A stretch of 64,000 nucleotides of DNA from an uncultured Clostridia bacterium. Its GTDB lineage: Bacteria; Bacillota; Clostridia; Christensenellales; UBA1242. Position numbers and translations under genes: made by a program. The DNA lies in NCBI GenBank assembly GCA_944376495.1, contig CALWCW010000066.1:3299-67298 (forward strand). Direction: 5' to 3'. Positions 61,758 through 64,000 of this stretch are shown here, piece by piece; the first letter of the stretch is position 1, and each line of letters begins with the position of its first letter. The notes below the pieces were generated by a model. The model did not search any database, was not told where the DNA came from, and saw only the letters and a list, made by a program, of their open reading frames with translations.

Positions 61758-63773
61758 ATGAGAAGGTTAAGGTTATCTTTAATATGTATGGTTGCACTTG
61801 GAGTTGTTGGCTATATTTTAGGTGCTGTCATAGCCTACTTAAATACTCAAGACATTGTTGAAGCACTAACAAATAACATTGCCTTTATTGCTCTAGGCAT
61901 AGGTGCTGCGGGCGGATTATGTATCGGACTTGTTACTAAAATTAAAGACAATACGGGAAGAAATCAAGGTGAAGATTCTCAAGGAAATAAAACTGATATT
62001 GCTTATGATTCAAAATTTATTTCACAAGCAAGGTTAAAGTCTGACCCCGAACTTGTTTATACTACTTGGACAAATCTTCCATCTGTCAAAAAAACAGGGT
62101 TCGTTTTTAGAAATAAACAGGTTGGATCACATTTTGAAATTAATATGAAGCCTGAAACTCACGCACTAGTTTTAGGTACTACTGGAACTGGTAAAACTCA
62201 AATTCTTGCTAACCCAACAATAAGAATTTTGGCTCACTCTGGTCAAAAACCAAGTCTTGTCATGACAGACCCTAAAGGCGAACTTTATGCAGATAATGCA
62301 GAGGTTTTAAAAGAGGAAGGGTATAACATTGTCGTTTTAAACTTAAATGACCCCTATGCTTCTTCTATGTGGAACCCAATGGAAATTGCTTATAAGGTTT
62401 ATGAGAGGGCAGGAAATCTTACAAAAGAAGTTAAAAAATTTAGTAATTGCACGCCTGAAGATATGGGTTATAGAAAAATTGACCCAGATAGATTAAATGG
62501 TGCGACTTATGGTGATACGTGGTATGGCTTTGAAGGAAAGGCATTCCCAAATAATGATTTATTAAAATTGGAACTTGAAGCAAGAAAAATTCAACTTGAA
62601 GATGAGGCTCGAAGTGACTTAAGAAATATTGCTTTGTCATTAATCCCTGAAGATCCTAACTGCAAGGATACTACATGGCCTAACGGTTGCCGTGACCTTA
62701 TAACTGGTATTATGTATGCTATGCTTGAGGACTCTAGAGATCCAAGACTTGGCATGACTGTTAATAAATTCAACTTTTTCAATTTATATAAAATTTCAAT
62801 GCTTAAAGACCCAGCAGGTGAGAGAGATAGCGCACTTAAAACTCTTACAAAGTATTCAGAAGGTCGTGACCCTATTCATAGCAATGTCCACAACCTTATG
62901 GCAACAGTATGTCTTGCAAGTCCAGTGACTCAACGTTCTTTCCTTGCAACTCTTGGTTCGTCTGTTGGTAAAACTCTAGGTGATGATGGTATTCTTTATA
63001 TGACCAGCGGAACTGATGTTGACTTTGAACAAATACCAGAAAAACCAACCGCATTTTTCATTAGAATCCCAGACCACAAAACTGAAAGACATCCTCTTGG
63101 TGTGCTTTGTATAAGCCAACTTTACAAGGTTTTGGTTGATGTTGCAAATAAAACTGTTAATCCAAAAACTAAAAAGACAGGACAACTTAAACGACCTGTA
63201 TATTTCATCCTTGATGAGTTTGGTAATATGCCAGCCGTTCCAGGATTTGGAACAATGGTTACAGTTTCTCGTTCAAGAAATATTTTCTTTGAAATTATTT
63301 TGCAATCATATAAACAACTTGATATCAAGTATGGACCTGATGAAGCACAAAATATTCGTGGTAACTTCCAAATGGAAGTATTCCTAGGTTCAGAGGACCC
63401 TTCAACAATTCAAGCATTCTCTGAAGCCTGCGGTGAAACAACTGTATTCCATAAAGAAGAATCTTCTTCAAGAAATACAAGAACTCCAGAGCAGGGTGAA
63501 AATATATCTACCTCAACTCAAAGAACACGCAGACCACTTCTTGATAAACAAGAACTGCGTCAACTTGAACGCTGGACTGTTATTGCAAAGATTTTCAGAA
63601 AAGAAATTATGAAAGATGTTATGACTCCATTCTTCCAAACTAAATGTATGGTGAAAAAATCGGCTCCTGAAATGGCTTCTATTTCTAAAATCTTGAATGT
63701 TGAAGAAATTTATTACGATGTAAATAAACGAAATGCAATCGTTCTTAACCCAAGAAGTCGTTTTGATGAATAA
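61758..63773 (+). CDS. Type IV secretion coupling protein (VirD4/TraG/TraD family ATPase)
   Basis: Two N-terminal TM helices, Walker A GTTGTGKT, Walker B YFILDEFGNMP. 671 aa. Confidence 0.8.
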   Translation: MRRLRLSLICMVALGVVGYILGAVIAYLNTQDIVEALTNNIAFIALGIGAAGGLCIGLVTKIKDNTGRNQGEDSQGNKTDIAYDSKFISQARLKSDPELVYTTWTNLPSVKKTGFVFRNKQVGSHFEINMKPETHALVLGTTGTGKTQILANPTIRILAHSGQKPSLVMTDPKGELYADNAEVLKEEGYNIVVLNLNDPYASSMWNPMEIAYKVYERAGNLTKEVKKFSNCTPEDMGYRKIDPDRLNGATYGDTWYGFEGKAFPNNDLLKLELEARKIQLEDEARSDLRNIALSLIPEDPNCKDTTWPNGCRDLITGIMYAMLEDSRDPRLGMTVNKFNFFNLYKISMLKDPAGERDSALKTLTKYSEGRDPIHSNVHNLMATVCLASPVTQRSFLATLGSSVGKTLGDDGILYMTSGTDVDFEQIPEKPTAFFIRIPDHKTERHPLGVLCISQLYKVLVDVANKTVNPKTKKTGQLKRPVYFILDEFGNMPAVPGFGTMVTVSRSRNIFFEIILQSYKQLDIKYGPDEAQNIRGNFQMEVFLGSEDPSTIQAFSEACGETTVFHKEESSSRNTRTPEQGENISTSTQRTRRPLLDKQELRQLERWTVIAKIFRKEIMKDVMTPFFQTKCMVKKSAPEMASISKILNVEEIYYDVNKRNAIVLNPRSRFDE

Positions 63774-63832
63774 AGGGAGTTAAAACTTAATTGTTTGTTG
63801 CATTTTCAAATTAATTAAATAAAACAAATATA

Positions 63833-63875
63833 AAGTTATATAAAGATTATTTTTCTTATATAACTTTTTATTTTA
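63833..63875 (+). terminator. Rho-independent terminator
   Basis: AAGTTATATAAAG / CTTATATAACTT stem (one bulge) followed by TTTATTTT. Confidence 0.6.
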
Positions 63876-63939
63876 TATTCTTTATTTTTCTTGTGTTTTA
63901 AAAAATTTTTATGATATAATAAAAATTGATGGAGGAATT

Positions 63940-64000
63940 ATGAAAAAATTAGTATTTTATCGTTGTGCTGTATGCGGAAACGTAGCAATAAAATTAGTTG
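63940..64000 (+). CDS. Desulfoferrodoxin/desulforedoxin-like N-terminus (3' end outside the window)
   Basis: GGAGG SD. MKKLVFYRCAVCGNVAIKLV matches the Y-x-C-x-x-C-G-N-x-V start of Dfx-type proteins. Only 20 codons are visible. Confidence 0.5.
   Translation, partial: MKKLVFYRCAVCGNVAIKLV

Noticed and set aside
61758-64000. A complete conjugative element or type IV secretion system.
   Set aside because: Only the coupling protein is visible. The neighbours are a glycosyltransferase gene and a redox gene. The claim is restricted to 'orphan T4CP within this window'.

Overview
Low-GC, Firmicutes-like chromosomal segment that uses the standard code (TGA is a stop at 5640-5642 and 52231-52233). 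About 70 protein genes, one tRNA and one T-box leader are supportable. Housekeeping genes: recR (partial), argS, fhs, ppdK, aspS and asnS, tilS, helD, lepA-hemW, ylxM-ffh-rpsP-KH-rimM-trmD, rbgA-yraN, mscL. spoIIE, Ku plus ligase-only LigD, rubrerythrin, a desulfoferrodoxin-like N-terminus and a minimal sufC/sufBD pair suggest an anaerobic, spore-forming lineage. These sit among many small accessory or uncharacterised units. No CRISPR array, transposase, integrase or rRNA is visible. Main second-look items: (1) Three intergenic copies (2601-2676, 32365-32454, 60404-60493) of a 76-90 nt cloverleaf-like element: a closing stem around three abutting perfect hairpins, the first conserved in sequence and the other two conserved only in structure. 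I cannot assign it to any family I know, and it is my best candidate for something undescribed. (2) At least seven genes, including lepA, helD and sufC, have a near-consensus sigma-A promoter placed so that transcription should start at or within 2 nt of the ATG, with no Shine-Dalgarno sequence (leaderless architecture). (3) Recurrent 100-220 bp spacers of almost pure A+T at transcription-unit borders, one exactly where rplS is expected after trmD. (4) A clean deletion scar fusing the 5'-truncated remains of a divergent LysR/aldo-keto-reductase pair. (5) Several uncharacterised cassettes: a leaderless 578-aa HExxH protein with two small partners; a Y-polymerase/YolD unit followed by a tail-fibre-like protein; a polyampholyte zinc-ribbon protein; a Q/N-rich protein next to an S8 protease; an orphan VirD4-type coupling ATPase. 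Everything was judged by eye from motifs and base pairing, with no database search, so product names are family-level calls.
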